Part shown: one piece after another, positions 10,115 through 20,604 of the stretch | Numbering within the stretch: position 1 is the stretch's first letter | How the letters are laid out: each line of letters opens with the position of its first letter | DNA from: Mycobacterium sp. | GTDB lineage: Bacteria > Actinomycetota > Actinomycetes > Mycobacteriales > Mycobacteriaceae | Reading direction: 5' to 3' | Assembly (NCBI RefSeq): GCF_035653355.1 | Contig: NZ_DASRBZ010000340.1 | Location: 1 to 39,790, forward strand | DNA length: 39,790 bases | Notes under the pieces: model-generated | Told to the model about the DNA's origin: nothing | Seen by the model: the letters and a program-made list of their open reading frames with translations, nothing else | Databases searched by the model: none | Translations under genes and position numbers: made by a program

Positions 10115-12736
10115 TCAGGCGCCCAACTCGATGCGGTGTGCGCCCTGAACGCCGTCATACCGAGTGGGAGTGCATGTCAACACGATCAGCTGTCCATGGG
10201 CGCCGACCGCGTCGAACACCTCCCCCATCTTGACCAGCCGGTCGGGATCGGTGAAGCCCAGCGCGTCGTCGATGAGCACCGGGACAGTGTCTTCCTTCGC
10301 GACCAACGCCGCGCCCGCCAACCGGACCAGGATGCCGAGTTGCTCTTTTGCTCCGCCTGAGAGCGATTCGTAGGGCACGGTGCGGCCATCGAGGGTTCGG
10401 CTGCGGATACTCAGGTCGCTGTCGACGTCAACCTCGAAAGTGGGCCCGAAGACAGGGCGACCGAGCCGCTGCAGTTCGGTGCGGAACGGCTCGACGTAGC
10501 GCAACCGCGTGTTGTCGCGGTGACGGACCATCACCGAGCGCAGCAGTTCCGCAGCACGCGCCCGGCGGCGCACCCGCGAGTATTCGGTCGCGGCATGCTC
10601 CCGGCGTGTTTCGGCGGCGTCGAGCTTTCCCTTTCGTCCTTCGGTGCCGAACACAGTTAACTCCACTGCGATGTCATGCAGCGCGCGCGCCGTTTCCTCA
10701 CGGCGGGTTCGCAGCATGTCTGCCGCCTCGGTGGCGTCGGCAAGTTCGGCGGCAACTGCGTCAGGCGCTGCCGCGTCAAGCTGTCCGGAAAGGTCCGCGA
10801 CCCGCTGGCGGGCTGCTTGGGCGGCCCGCAGATCGGAATCCGCTGCGGCGGCCAAGTCCTCGTCGGTGCGGGATGCCCGCTGCTGGGCCAGCTGGGCAGT
10901 CGCGGCATCCAGCTCCGTCCGGTGAGTGGTCAGCTTGTCGTGCAAAACCGCTGCGCGGGTGGATGTCTCGGCGACCTGGGCGGCTGCGGCGGCTGAAACC
11001 TGGCGGCAATCCTGGCAGCGGACGCCCGCCTGCAGGTGAGCCGCATCGGCCGTGTCGACCTCGGCGCGGGCGGCGGCGAGATCGACGGTGGGCTCACCAG
11101 ACCCGTCGCGCTGACCGGCACGCAATTGAGCCCGCCGGGCACGCAGGTGCTCGACATCGTCGTCACCACAGAGTGCGGACAGCGTGGCGGTCAGCTGGTC
11201 GCGGTTGCTGTACAGTTCGCGGCGCCGCTTTTCGGCCTGGCGTGCCGCGGCCAGGTCAGCGACCTCACCAGCTGCCAGCGCAGCAGCGAATTCGCATTGG
11301 GCAGCAGCATATTCGGCTTCGATGTCGCGGGTAGTGGCGCCGGGACTGAATCGCGCTGTCAGCACACCGGAAACCACGACCTCGGTTGGGCCGGTCACCG
11401 TCGTCGACCACCTCTGGCCAGCGGATAACGGGATTAGCTGCGCGCCGGCCTCGAGTTCGATGTCCGCAGCTGCCGTGAATTCTACTGTGGCCGAGAGTAA
11501 TTCGAGTTTGCTTTTCGCCCGGTCGACCGCTGCCGCCGCATTCTCGATGCGTTGCATGACGGCCTCGGTGAGGGCGATCCGGGATAGCTCCGCACAGATC
11601 TGTTCCCGATCGCGTTGGACGGCGTCGATCTTGGCGATCCGGGCGGCCAGGCGATTGGCCTCGTCACGTTCGGACAGCTTCTCCAACACATCTCGAGCGG
11701 TGTCGAGCCGTTGCTTGGCAGCTGCCAGCTCGGCGTTGGCTTGCTCGAGCGCGGCATCGGCGGCAGCGGCAGCCTCACGCGCTGCCGACTGCGCGTCAGC
11801 GGCTTGGCGGGCCTCGATTTCTAGGGCCGCGATGGTGGCGGCGCGGGTGTCGATGTCGGCGCGCAGCCGCAGCCGCTCGCCGTGCGCGGAGCTGGAGGCG
11901 GTGCTGGTCGCGGCGGCAGCGGTGGCGAGCAGCTCGGCTTCCCGGAGTTGCTCGGTGAGCTTCGTGATGCGCGCGGCGGCGGCTTGCGCGGCGCACTGGC
12001 GACCGTCTGCGTCGTGCTGGCGCCGGGACAACTCGGCGAGTTCATCGGTCAACGCGGCGTGCCGGCGCACCCGGTCGTCGACCTCGGCGACCGCCGCAGC
12101 GCAGCGGGCAACTTCCTCGTCGGCGTCGCGCAGACCCGCGATCGCCGCGGACCATTCCCCGGTAGGCCGTCCGGTCGGGGTGAAGTAGCGCGCGTACTCG
12201 GCCTCGATCCGCTCGATGAGCAGCGGCTCGGTGCCCGACAGCATGGCCGCGTCCCCCGCAGCAACGTCAAGGGCACGCGACAGCGCGTCACACCCGGAAA
12301 AATCTACCGCGGCGGTCGACGTCGCCTGCAGCACCCGCTGCGCCCGCCATAGCTCGGTGTCCATCGTCTCGGCCAGCATGGCGCACACGCGTTCGTGCGC
12401 CTCGTCGCCGGTCAGCTGTTCTCGATGGGGAGCCAACACCGTCAGCTGGGTCTCGCACTTCTTGTGGAACCGTTTGCGGTAGACGAATCGATAAGGGCCC
12501 GTGCTGATCTCGGCGGTGACCTCCGAGCCGACGTCGGCGTGGGTGGGCTTGACCAGCTTGACGTCTTTCTTCGTCGAGCGGTCTTTGGACTGCAGCAACA
12601 GGTCCAGCGCCTCGATCATCGACGACTTGCCGATTTCGTTGGGCCCACATAGCACAACCACTCCGCTGTCGGGCAGCTCGATCTCGCGGTGCGCGATGCC
12701 GCGGTAATTCGTCAGGACCAGCCGGTGCAGTTTCAT
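10115..12736 (-). CDS. SbcC/Rad50-like coiled-coil ABC ATPase (Rv1278 ortholog)
   Basis: Walker A GPNEIGKS, long Ala/Glu-rich coiled coil, LSGG signature, Walker B VLIDD. Confidence 0.88.
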   Translation of the reverse strand: MKLHRLVLTNYRGIAHREIELPDSGVVVLCGPNEIGKSSMIEALDLLLQSKDRSTKKDVKLVKPTHADVGSEVTAEISTGPYRFVYRKRFHKKCETQLTVLAPHREQLTGDEAHERVCAMLAETMDTELWRAQRVLQATSTAAVDFSGCDALSRALDVAAGDAAMLSGTEPLLIERIEAEYARYFTPTGRPTGEWSAAIAGLRDADEEVARCAAAVAEVDDRVRRHAALTDELAELSRRQHDADGRQCAAQAAAARITKLTEQLREAELLATAAAATSTASSSAHGERLRLRADIDTRAATIAALEIEARQAADAQSAAREAAAAADAALEQANAELAAAKQRLDTARDVLEKLSERDEANRLAARIAKIDAVQRDREQICAELSRIALTEAVMQRIENAAAAVDRAKSKLELLSATVEFTAAADIELEAGAQLIPLSAGQRWSTTVTGPTEVVVSGVLTARFSPGATTRDIEAEYAAAQCEFAAALAAGEVADLAAARQAEKRRRELYSNRDQLTATLSALCGDDDVEHLRARRAQLRAGQRDGSGEPTVDLAAARAEVDTADAAHLQAGVRCQDCRQVSAAAAAQVAETSTRAAVLHDKLTTHRTELDAATAQLAQQRASRTDEDLAAAADSDLRAAQAARQRVADLSGQLDAAAPDAVAAELADATEAADMLRTRREETARALHDIAVELTVFGTEGRKGKLDAAETRREHAATEYSRVRRRARAAELLRSVMVRHRDNTRLRYVEPFRTELQRLGRPVFGPTFEVDVDSDLSIRSRTLDGRTVPYESLSGGAKEQLGILVRLAGAALVAKEDTVPVLIDDALGFTDPDRLVKMGEVFDAVGAHGQLIVLTCTPTRYDGVQGAHRIELGA

Positions 12737-13890
12737 GCCGCACCCCGGTCGCGATCGGCAAGCCGCAGAAGCAGCGCCAACGCCGCCTGGGCGTCATCGG
12801 CGGCATCGCCCTCTCCAGCGCGGGCAGTCGCGACCAACTCGTCGACGGCGTCGGCGGCGAACCCGCCGATACCGAGGTCGCTGAACTCGCCGTCGGCCGG
12901 GATCACGGCCAGGTCGCTGTGCCGCTCCCACAGGCCGAGCCAGGCGAACAGCCTCGAGTACTTGTCCAAACAGGCGTCCAGGGCGGCACGGTCGGTGACG
13001 GTCAGCGACCCGGTCAAGGCCAGCCGCACGACCGTGCGGTCCTTGTCGGTCATCTGGTCCAGGTTGAGGTCCAGGTCGGCGATGTCGCGGTTGTTGTCGA
13101 CCTGGCGGCGCAGGGTGAGGAACCGCCAGCGACCGACGCGGCGAGCCTCGACGTTGACCGCCCGCTTGGGGTCGGCTTCGTCGATGTCGACGATCAGGAC
13201 GTGCCCGGGGTCGGATTCGACGTCGTCGAAGTTGGTGACCTCTGGTGAGCCGGAGTACCACACCCGAGGGCTGCTGCCGACCGTGGTGCGGGAATGCTTG
13301 TCGCCCAGCGCAACATAGTGGACCAGACCGCGGGCCAGTGCATCCTCCAGCGCGGCTAGCCGGATGACGGCGGGTCTGCCGGGGTCGGGGTCGAGCACAT
13401 CGACACCGCCGTGCGCGACGAGTATTCGGGTGACCCCGTCGTTCGGGACGCCGTCGAGCACTTCGCCAACCAGGTCGGTGGTGGGCGACTTCGAGCGCCA
13501 CGGCGCGGCGACGATCTGGACCCCCGGCCGCACCTGGTGCACCCCGGCCCGGTCGAGCACCACGACGTTGTCCGGGCGTTCGGCAGTGAACAGTGCGCTG
13601 GTGTACAGCGACGACGCATCCAGCGGGTCGTGGTTGCCGGGCAGCAGATAGACCGGAATGCCGATGGCGCGCATGGCTTCCAGGGACTGACTGACTACCT
13701 GCGGAGACAGCTGGTTGTGTTCGAAGACGTCTCCGGCGACCACCACGAATTCCGCGCCCACTTCGGCCGCCAGCTCACCCAGCCCGGCCACCGCGTCGCG
13801 GCGGGCCGCTGAATAGCGCGGCTGCGCTTCCCCCGCCAGGAAGTGACGGGTCATGCCCAGCTGCCAGTCGGCGGTGTGCACGAACCGCAT
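12733..13890 (-). CDS. SbcD/Mre11-like metallophosphoesterase nuclease (Rv1277 ortholog)
   Basis: HTADWQLG, AGDVFE, PGNHD, AHG and LGDKH motifs; ATGA overlap with the ATPase gene. Confidence 0.9.
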   Translation of the reverse strand: MRFVHTADWQLGMTRHFLAGEAQPRYSAARRDAVAGLGELAAEVGAEFVVVAGDVFEHNQLSPQVVSQSLEAMRAIGIPVYLLPGNHDPLDASSLYTSALFTAERPDNVVVLDRAGVHQVRPGVQIVAAPWRSKSPTTDLVGEVLDGVPNDGVTRILVAHGGVDVLDPDPGRPAVIRLAALEDALARGLVHYVALGDKHSRTTVGSSPRVWYSGSPEVTNFDDVESDPGHVLIVDIDEADPKRAVNVEARRVGRWRFLTLRRQVDNNRDIADLDLNLDQMTDKDRTVVRLALTGSLTVTDRAALDACLDKYSRLFAWLGLWERHSDLAVIPADGEFSDLGIGGFAADAVDELVATARAGEGDAADDAQAALALLLRLADRDRGAA

Positions 13891-14063
13891 GCCGATCCCG
13901 TCCTTCCTGCGTTGCCGTGACCCAGCCCGGCGACGATGCGGGCCGAGGAGCGGCCCGAGGAGCCGGGCATTTGGGCAGGAGCACCGCGAGTCTAGGACCG
14001 CGTACCGACAAGTTCGGGGACCTTGCTCGGCACGTCCGGGGTTCGGGCCTTACCGTTGGTCAG

Positions 14064-14567
14064 GTGAGCGGCCGGCATACGTTGGTGCTCCTGCGGCACG
14101 CGAAATCGGCGTACCCCGAGGGGGTGGCTGACCACGACCGGCCGCTGGCAGCCCGAGGAATTCGTGAGGCTCCGTTGGCCGGTGACTGGCTGCGCACCAA
14201 TGTGTCCGACATCGACTTGGTGCTGTGTTCAACCGCGACACGCGCCCGTCAGACGTTGGAGCGCACCGGCGTGCAGGCACCGGTGCGCTACGTCGAGCGT
14301 TTGTATGGCGCCACCCCCGGAATGGTGATCGACGAAATCAACGGGGTCGACGAGGACGTCACCACCTTGCTCGTCGTGGGGCATGAGCCGACGATGTCTG
14401 AGGTGGCGACCGGCCTGGCCGGCGCCGAGGGCACGGACAACGCTGCGCGGGAACGTCTTTCGGCGAAATTCCCGACCTCGGCCCTTGCGGTGCTCGACGT
14501 CGCCGGCCGCTGGAAGGACCTCACGCTGGGTGGTGCCGCACTCGTCGACTTCCACGTGCCCCGCTGA
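14064..14567 (+). CDS. sixA: SixA-type phosphohistidine phosphatase (Rv1276c ortholog)
   Basis: LLRHAKS, STATRARQT and VGHEP motifs; start GTG 14064. Confidence 0.85.
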   Translation: MSGRHTLVLLRHAKSAYPEGVADHDRPLAARGIREAPLAGDWLRTNVSDIDLVLCSTATRARQTLERTGVQAPVRYVERLYGATPGMVIDEINGVDEDVTTLLVVGHEPTMSEVATGLAGAEGTDNAARERLSAKFPTSALAVLDVAGRWKDLTLGGAALVDFHVPR

Positions 14568-14570
14568 GGC

Positions 14571-14645
14571 TCGCCGCGAAACAGCAGCCAAGGTCGTGAT
14601 CGGAGCGGGATCAGCAGCCGTGGCTTCTGGCTGGCGGGGCGGCGA
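14571..14645. terminator. Long imperfect hairpin between convergent sixA and lprC; possible bidirectional terminator
   Basis: Nested arms TCGCCGC/GCGGCGA (14571/14639), AGCCA/TGGCT (14586/14621) and TGATC/GATCA (14597/14609). Confidence 0.45.
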
Positions 14646-14648
14646 CCG

Positions 14649-15206
14649 TCAGGAGTTCGTCGACAGCGTCAGCTCCATGAGCTTGATCGCTTGCGCGCAC
14701 GCGTCGATACCGGGTGCCTGCGGGTTGACCCACCAGCCGACCACGCCGGCGGCGTCGCTGGCCACACCGCAGGAGCCGTTGGGGTCGTTCGGCCGCATCA
14801 CGATCGACTGCACCCCGGCAATCGAGCGGCTCTCGATCTGGTACTTCAGCCCCTCGGCGACCTTGCGTTCGTTGCTCAGGCTGCCTTGTTCAAACCAGAA
14901 CCGGGTGATGTCGATGAGACCGGCCGGGTTGGCTGCCTGCCAGCGGCAGATGGCGCCGACGAACGTGCTCTGGATGTCGAGCGGGTCGGCGCCCACCGTC
15001 TTGGCGAGGATGTCGGTGGTCAGCACCTCGCATTCCTTGAGCAGGTTCGGATACTGCTGTTCGGAGTTGTTGTTGCGCTGACCGCCGCCTTCACCCGCGC
15101 GGACCGGTTTGCCGGCCACCGACCGGGCACACCCGGTCACTACGGCCATCGCCGCGATGACGGCCATCGCCGCCGCGAGCACCCGTTGACGCATTGGACG
15201 ACTCAT
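14649..15206 (-). CDS. lprC: Lipoprotein LprC (DUF3558)
   Basis: Lipobox VVTGC and QYPNLLKECEVLT motif; ATGA overlap with the lprB stop. Confidence 0.88.
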   Translation of the reverse strand: MSRPMRQRVLAAAMAVIAAMAVVTGCARSVAGKPVRAGEGGGQRNNNSEQQYPNLLKECEVLTTDILAKTVGADPLDIQSTFVGAICRWQAANPAGLIDITRFWFEQGSLSNERKVAEGLKYQIESRSIAGVQSIVMRPNDPNGSCGVASDAAGVVGWWVNPQAPGIDACAQAIKLMELTLSTNS

Positions 15207-15751
15207 TTCGAGTTCGCAATCGATTGACGAGCGAGTTCTTTGGCCACGTCGCATGGGTCCGGGAACGGTTTCTGGTTGAAGCTCACCGACCATTCGATGA
15301 AGTCGTCTTTGAACTGGATGCCCACCTCGCACAGCGAGTCACCCAACGTGGGCTCGGACCCGATGGCGATGAAGCCGCCGTGGCCGTTGATGTTGATGTC
15401 CTCGACGCTGGACCTCGACAGCTCCTCGGTCTTGCGCTCCCGCCCAATCGGGCTGCCGCGATACCAGGAGAAAGAGAAGTGCGGGCCCAGGATGCCGCCG
15501 CCTGCCAGCCACTGGCAGCCGACCGAGTTCTGGGCGGTGTTGACCAGTCCGGGAACCTTGGTCAGCTCTGACACGGTCTGGTCGCTGATACCGCCGCATT
15601 GCGGGAAGAACGGCCCGTGATGTCCCTCCGCGGAGGACGGCGAGGACGACTCGGTGGGCTGGGGCTGCTGGGAGCCGGAATGCGAGCACGCGGCCATCGT
15701 CGGGATCAAGGTTGCCGCCACCAGGGCGAGCGCCACCACGTTGCGCTGCAC
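15203..15751 (-). CDS. lprB: Lipoprotein LprB (DUF3558)
   Basis: Lipobox MAAC and HGPFFPQCGGISDQ motif; start GTG 15751 is inferred. Confidence 0.86.
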   Translation of the reverse strand: MQRNVVALALVAATLIPTMAACSHSGSQQPQPTESSSPSSAEGHHGPFFPQCGGISDQTVSELTKVPGLVNTAQNSVGCQWLAGGGILGPHFSFSWYRGSPIGRERKTEELSRSSVEDININGHGGFIAIGSEPTLGDSLCEVGIQFKDDFIEWSVSFNQKPFPDPCDVAKELARQSIANSK

Positions 15752-15923
15752 TGCTACGCGTACCTTCTGCTGGTCACACGATGCACTGTAGCGGCAGCAC
15801 CTTAGGGCAACCACGGCACACGCGCTGAACAGGTCTTTAGCACGCCTGAGCGGCGCGATTTCGGCACCGGCATCATCCGGCGTGGCCAGGACTCGACGGC
15901 TTGCGGTGTGCGACAGTTACCAG

Positions 15924-17675
15924 ATGCTCCTGGCATTGCTGCGCCAGTACGTCCGGCCATACCGCTGGCTGGTCGCAGCGGTGATGATGTTGCAATCGGT
16001 CAGCACTTTGGCTTCGCTGTACCTGCCGACGGTCAACGCCACGATCATCGACGACGGGGTAGCCAAGGGTGACACCGCCACCATCGTGAGGCTTGGCGGG
16101 GTGATGTTGGGTGTCACCACCGTTCAGGTGCTGTGCGCGGTCGGCGCGGTCTACTTCGGCTCCCGCACCGGGATGGGTTTGGGCCGGGATCTGCGCTCGG
16201 CGATGTTTGGTCACGTCATCACGTTCTCCGAGCACGAGACGGCCCGGTTCGGCGCGCCGACGCTGCTGACCCGCACCACCAACGACGTCCGGCAAATCCA
16301 ATTCCTGGTGCAGATGGCCTCCACCATGCTGGTCACCGCACCGATCATGTGCGTCGGCGGAATCATCATGGCGATCCACCAGGACGCGGGACTGTCCTGG
16401 TTGCTGGTGGTCAGCGTCCCGGTGCTGGCCGTGACCAATTACTGGATCGTGTCGCGCATGCTGCCGATCTTCCGCAGCGTTCAACGGCTGATCGATGGCA
16501 TCAATCGGGTGATGCGCGACCAGCTATCGGGTGTGCGGGTAGTCCGGGCCTTCGCACGTGAACAGTTCGAGCGTGACAGGTTCGCTCAAGCCAACCGCGA
16601 GTTATCCAATACCGCTCTGGCGGCGGGTAATTGGCAAGCGCTGATGCTGCCGGTGACGACCCTGACCATCAATGTGTCCAGCGTCGCGGTGATTTGGTTC
16701 GGCGGGTTGCGCATTGACGCCGGCCGGATGCAAGTTGGCTCGCTGATTGCCTTCTTGGTCTATTTCACCCAGATTCTGATGGCTGTCCTGATGGCGACGA
16801 TGGCGGTGATGATGCTTCCTCGGGCTTCCGTGTGCGCCGAACGGATCACCGAAGTGTTGAGCACCCGCCCGGCGGTGACCGATCCTGACCGCCCGGTGCG
16901 CCCGCGGCACGGCACGCGTGGCGTGCAGCTGGACGGCGTGTCATTTCGCTATCCCGGGGCTGATCGTGCTGTGCTCCAGGGCGTTTCGCTGACTGCGATC
17001 CCCGCCACTACCACCGCGCTCGTCGGTGGAACGGGTTCGGGAAAATCGACACTGGTGTCGCTGATCTGCCGGCTCTATGACGTGACCGAGGGAGCTGTGC
17101 TGGTCGACGGAGTCGACGTTCGTCACTATGAGACCGAACAGTTGTGGTCGGCGATCGGGCTGGTGCCCCAACGCGGCTATCTGTTCTCGGGCACGGTCGC
17201 AGACAACCTGCGATACGGCGCGCCGCCGGGAAAAACAGTCACCGAAGCCGAGATGTGGGAGGCGCTGCGAGTGGCCGCCGCCGACGAGTTCGTGCAGGCG
17301 CACACTGACGGCCTGGCCATGCGTGTTGCCCAGGGCGGCACCAACTTTTCCGGGGGCCAGCGACAGCGGCTGGCGATTGCGCGAGCAGTTATCCGACGTC
17401 CGGCGATCTACCTGTTCGACGACGCGTTTTCCGCCCTGGACGTACACACCGAAGCCAAAGTGCGTGCGTCGCTCCGTGCGGTCGCCGCCGACGCGACAGT
17501 CATTATTGTCACACAGCGGATTTCGGCTGCCGCCCAGGCCGACCAGGTGATCGTTATCGACGATGGGCGGGTCGTCGGTGCCGGCACACACGAATCGCTG
17601 CTGGAAAGCTGCCCAACCTATTTCGAGTTCGCCGATTCACAGTCGTTGGGCGCACGCGTCGGAGGCCAGCGGTGA
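15924..17675 (+). CDS. ABC exporter, TMD-NBD half transporter (Rv1273c ortholog)
   Basis: Walker [17 protein letters not shown] signature, degenerate Walker B YLFDD. Confidence 0.92.
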   Translation: MLLALLRQYVRPYRWLVAAVMMLQSVSTLASLYLPTVNATIIDDGVAKGDTATIVRLGGVMLGVTTVQVLCAVGAVYFGSRTGMGLGRDLRSAMFGHVITFSEHETARFGAPTLLTRTTNDVRQIQFLVQMASTMLVTAPIMCVGGIIMAIHQDAGLSWLLVVSVPVLAVTNYWIVSRMLPIFRSVQRLIDGINRVMRDQLSGVRVVRAFAREQFERDRFAQANRELSNTALAAGNWQALMLPVTTLTINVSSVAVIWFGGLRIDAGRMQVGSLIAFLVYFTQILMAVLMATMAVMMLPRASVCAERITEVLSTRPAVTDPDRPVRPRHGTRGVQLDGVSFRYPGADRAVLQGVSLTAIPATTTALVGGTGSGKSTLVSLICRLYDVTEGAVLVDGVDVRHYETEQLWSAIGLVPQRGYLFSGTVADNLRYGAPPGKTVTEAEMWEALRVAAADEFVQAHTDGLAMRVAQGGTNFSGGQRQRLAIARAVIRRPAIYLFDDAFSALDVHTEAKVRASLRAVAADATVIIVTQRISAAAQADQVIVIDDGRVVGAGTHESLLESCPTYFEFADSQSLGARVGGQR

Positions 17676-19573
17676 CCACGCCGCCGATGCGCGGCGTAGT
17701 GCAAGCGCCCACGCAACGGTCCCGCGACTTCAGGCGCTCGTCGACCCGGCTGATAAAACGGCTGGCACCGCAACGCTGGCTGGCTGCCGCGGTGATCGCG
17801 CTGGGTATCGGCGGCACGGCAATCGGAGTCGTCGTGCCTCGGATCCTCGGCCATGCCACCGACCTGTTGTTCAACGGGGTGATTGGGCGAAAGCTGCCCG
17901 CCGGGATGACCAAGGAACAGGCCGTCGCCGCCGCCCGGGCGCGCGACGAGGGCACCTTCGCCGATCTGCTGTCGGGAATGAACGTGGTACCGGGCCACGG
18001 CGTGGACTTCGGTGCGGTTGCCCGCACGCTCGGGTTAGCCCTGGCTCTCTATCTTGTTGCTGCGCTGATGAATTGGTCGCAGGCAAGGCTGCTCAACGTC
18101 ACCGTGCAGCGGACGATGATGGCGCTGCGCTCCGACGTGGAGGACAAGGTGCACCGACTGCCGTTGGCCTACTTCGACGGTCGGCAACGCGGTGAACTGC
18201 TGAGCCGCGTCACCAACGACATCGATAACGTCCAAACCTCGATATCGATGACAATCACCCAGCTGTTGACCGCAATCCTGACGGTTACCACAGTGCTGGT
18301 GATGATGCTGGGCATCTCGCCGCTGCTGACGGCGATCACGTTGATGACGGTGCCGCTGTCGCTGTTGGTGACGCGGGCGGTCGCGCGCCGCTCGCAGCGA
18401 CTGTTCGTCGCTCAGTGGGCCCGCACTGGGCGGCTCAACGCCCACATCGAGGAAACCTACAGCGGCTTCACGGTGGTCAAGACATTCGGCCATCGTGAGC
18501 AGGCTCAAGCCCGTTTTCGCGAACTCAACGACGATGTGTACAAGGCGAGTTTCGGTGCTCAGTTTGTCTCCGGATTGCTGTCGCCGGCCACGATGTTCAT
18601 CGGCAACCTCAGTTATGTCGCGGTGGCGGTGGTCGGTGGCCTGCAGATTGCGAGCGGCCAGATCACAGTGGGCAACATCCAGGCGTTCATTCAGTATGTT
18701 CGCCAATTCAATTGGCCGCTCTCCCAATTGGCGGCGATGTACAACGTGATGCAGTCCGGGATCGCCAGCGTCGAGCGGGTCTTCGAGCTGCTCGACGAAC
18801 CCGAGGAGTCCCCTGACCACCAATTGGAGCCGCTGCCCGTCAACGGCCAGCGGCCGGTCGGACGGGTCGAGTTCGAGCACGTGATCTTCGCTTACCGGCC
18901 AGGAAGCCCGGTGATCGACGACCTGTCGCTGGTGGTGGAACCCGGGAGTGCGGTGGCGATTGTTGGACCGACGGGCGCGGGCAAAACCACTTTGGTGAAT
19001 CTGTTGATGCGGTTCTACGAGCTCGACTCCGGCCGAATCTTCGTCGACGGCGTCGACATTGCCACGGTCAGCCGCAATTCGCTTCGATCGCGCATCGGCA
19101 TGGTGCTCCAGGACACCTGGCTGTTCGACGGGACGATCGCGGAGAACATCGCCTACGGGCGGCCCGCGGCGAGTTACGAAGAGATTGTCGAGGCGGCACG
19201 GGCAGCCCACGTCGACAACTTTGTCCACACGCTGCCGCACGGATACCAAACGCGGATCGGCAACGACGGCGGCAACATCAGTGGCGGCGAAAAGCAGCTG
19301 ATCGCCATCGCCCGTGCTTTTTTGGCCCGTCCTCAACTATTGATCCTCGACGAGGCAACCAGTTCAGTCGACACCCGCACCGAGTTGCTTGTTCAGCACG
19401 CGATGCGCGAACTGCGCCGAGGTCGGACGAGTTTCATTGTCGCCCATCGCCTTTCAACAATCCGGGATGCCGACCAGATCCTGGTGATGGAAGCCGGCAG
19501 GATCGTCGAGCACGGTAACCACGCCGAGCTGCTGGCCAGGCGTGGGGCCTACTACGCCATGACCCGGGTTTAG
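17672..19573 (+). CDS. ABC exporter, TMD-NBD half transporter (Rv1272c ortholog)
   Basis: [15 protein letters not shown] and LILDEATS motifs; GTGA overlap with its partner gene. Confidence 0.93.
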   Translation: MTTPPMRGVVQAPTQRSRDFRRSSTRLIKRLAPQRWLAAAVIALGIGGTAIGVVVPRILGHATDLLFNGVIGRKLPAGMTKEQAVAAARARDEGTFADLLSGMNVVPGHGVDFGAVARTLGLALALYLVAALMNWSQARLLNVTVQRTMMALRSDVEDKVHRLPLAYFDGRQRGELLSRVTNDIDNVQTSISMTITQLLTAILTVTTVLVMMLGISPLLTAITLMTVPLSLLVTRAVARRSQRLFVAQWARTGRLNAHIEETYSGFTVVKTFGHREQAQARFRELNDDVYKASFGAQFVSGLLSPATMFIGNLSYVAVAVVGGLQIASGQITVGNIQAFIQYVRQFNWPLSQLAAMYNVMQSGIASVERVFELLDEPEESPDHQLEPLPVNGQRPVGRVEFEHVIFAYRPGSPVIDDLSLVVEPGSAVAIVGPTGAGKTTLVNLLMRFYELDSGRIFVDGVDIATVSRNSLRSRIGMVLQDTWLFDGTIAENIAYGRPAASYEEIVEAARAAHVDNFVHTLPHGYQTRIGNDGGNISGGEKQLIAIARAFLARPQLLILDEATSSVDTRTELLVQHAMRELRRGRTSFIVAHRLSTIRDADQILVMEAGRIVEHGNHAELLARRGAYYAMTRV

Positions 19574-20136
19574 AGCTCTGGGCCCTGCGCTCTCAGGTCG
19601 TCCACTTTTGCCATCGCTTCGCGAAGTTTGGCCAGCCACTCCTCGGTGTGCTGGCCGACCAGTTTGACCGCCCACGCCAACGCGTCGGAGCGAGACCGGG
19701 CCACGCCGGCGTCGACCAGCGTGTCGAGCACCTGACGTTCGGGCTGCTTCAGCCGCGTCATGACGGGAACGGCGATGTGAGTGAACAGGATTCGATCACC
19801 GCCGACCTCGACGCCCCACGAGACCTTGCGCCCGTACCGAGCCTGTGCCTCGTCGGCGATGTCCATCCGCTCCGGCCGGGTTTCCTCGCGGAACCGCGAG
19901 ACACGCCCGGACGTGCGCGCTTCGCTTTCTTCTTGTCCTGAGCTGTCCGGTTCGGGCAGCTTGCCGATCACGGTGATCTCTTCACGGTCGACGATGACCG
20001 TCGGGTCGCCGTCGAACCAGTCGTCGGGTAGGCGTCCCGCGAACCATTCGGCCGCGTCGCTCGCGTCCGGTTGCTCGGCCTGTTGCCAGCCGCCCGGCCG
20101 CCCGTACCGCCGCCCATGCATGTGATGTCGTTTCAT
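19570..20136 (-). CDS. abmR: AbmR, ATP-binding mcr11 regulator (Rv1265 ortholog)
   Basis: [18 protein letters not shown]-terminus and ribbon-helix-helix-like C-terminus ([11 protein letters not shown]) match Rv1265 as recalled; synteny with Rv1264. Confidence 0.85.
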   Translation of the reverse strand: MKRHHMHGRRYGRPGGWQQAEQPDASDAAEWFAGRLPDDWFDGDPTVIVDREEITVIGKLPEPDSSGQEESEARTSGRVSRFREETRPERMDIADEAQARYGRKVSWGVEVGGDRILFTHIAVPVMTRLKQPERQVLDTLVDAGVARSRSDALAWAVKLVGQHTEEWLAKLREAMAKVDDLRAQGPEL

Positions 20137-20158
20137 GATTACATGATTACATCATTAC
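20135..20158. promoter_or_regulatory. Three tandem 8-mers ATGATTAC-ATGATTAC-ATCATTAC at the abmR start; probable operator
   Basis: The repeats are directly visible and overlap the start codon; function is inferred. Confidence 0.5.
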
Positions 20159-20204
20159 ACCGTAGAAGCGACGGCGTTCTCCGGAAGCGAACACGGCGCT
20201 GCTC

Positions 20205-20408
20205 TCAGCGCTTGCGCAGAACCGCGACTCCACCCGCCACGGAAAGCGCGAGCAGGAGGAGAAGCGCCCAGCCGACGCCGGCGAATACCCATACCGCGGC
20301 AAGCGCCGCAATCGCCGGGGACACGGCAAACAGCACCATCACCGGATGCTGCCTGATGACCTCCAGCGCGCTGCGGGCTCGTATCGGATCGATCTCTCTG
20401 CCCGGCAT
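20205..20408 (-). CDS. Small membrane protein (67 aa, about two TM helices)
   Basis: MPGREIDPIRARSALEVIRQHP followed by two hydrophobic stretches and a basic RKR tail; start ATG 20408. Confidence 0.65.
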   Translation of the reverse strand: MPGREIDPIRARSALEVIRQHPVMVLFAVSPAIAALAAVWVFAGVGWALLLLLALSVAGGVAVLRKR

Positions 20409-20449
20409 GCCGCAAGCATGCCAGAACCCGGCTTCATGCGTGAAAACCA

Positions 20450-20478
20450 TTGATACATCGGCGTCGACGGCGTAGCTT
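20450..20478 (+). promoter_or_regulatory. SigA-type promoter of the sRNA
   Basis: TTGATA (20450-55), 17-nt spacer, TAGCTT (20473-78, fits TANNNT); no convincing ORF downstream on this strand. Confidence 0.6.
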
Positions 20479-20484
20479 TGGTAG

Positions 20485-20596
20485 CGAAGCAGACCCGGAA
20501 GTGACTGATCCAAAGAGCCGGCGTAAGGGGTGAGAGAGCCGGCCGCGCAGGTTAAATGAGACGCAACCCCAATGTCCTCCGGGTCTGCCCTTCTTT
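20485..20596 (+). ncRNA. mcr11: Mcr11 (MTS0997)-like small RNA
   Basis: Lies between abmR and the Rv1264 cyclase, antisense to both. Has an 11-bp closing stem GCAGACCCGGA (20489-99)/TCCGGGTCTGC (20578-88), an inner GCCGGC pair and a TTCTTT tail. Confidence 0.7.
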
Positions 20597-20604
20597 ATGC
20601 GGAC

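Noticed and set aside
13943-13963. CCGAGGAGC tandem repeat between the sbcD-like gene and sixA
   Set aside because: Two short GC-rich copies, plausible by chance, with no supporting context.
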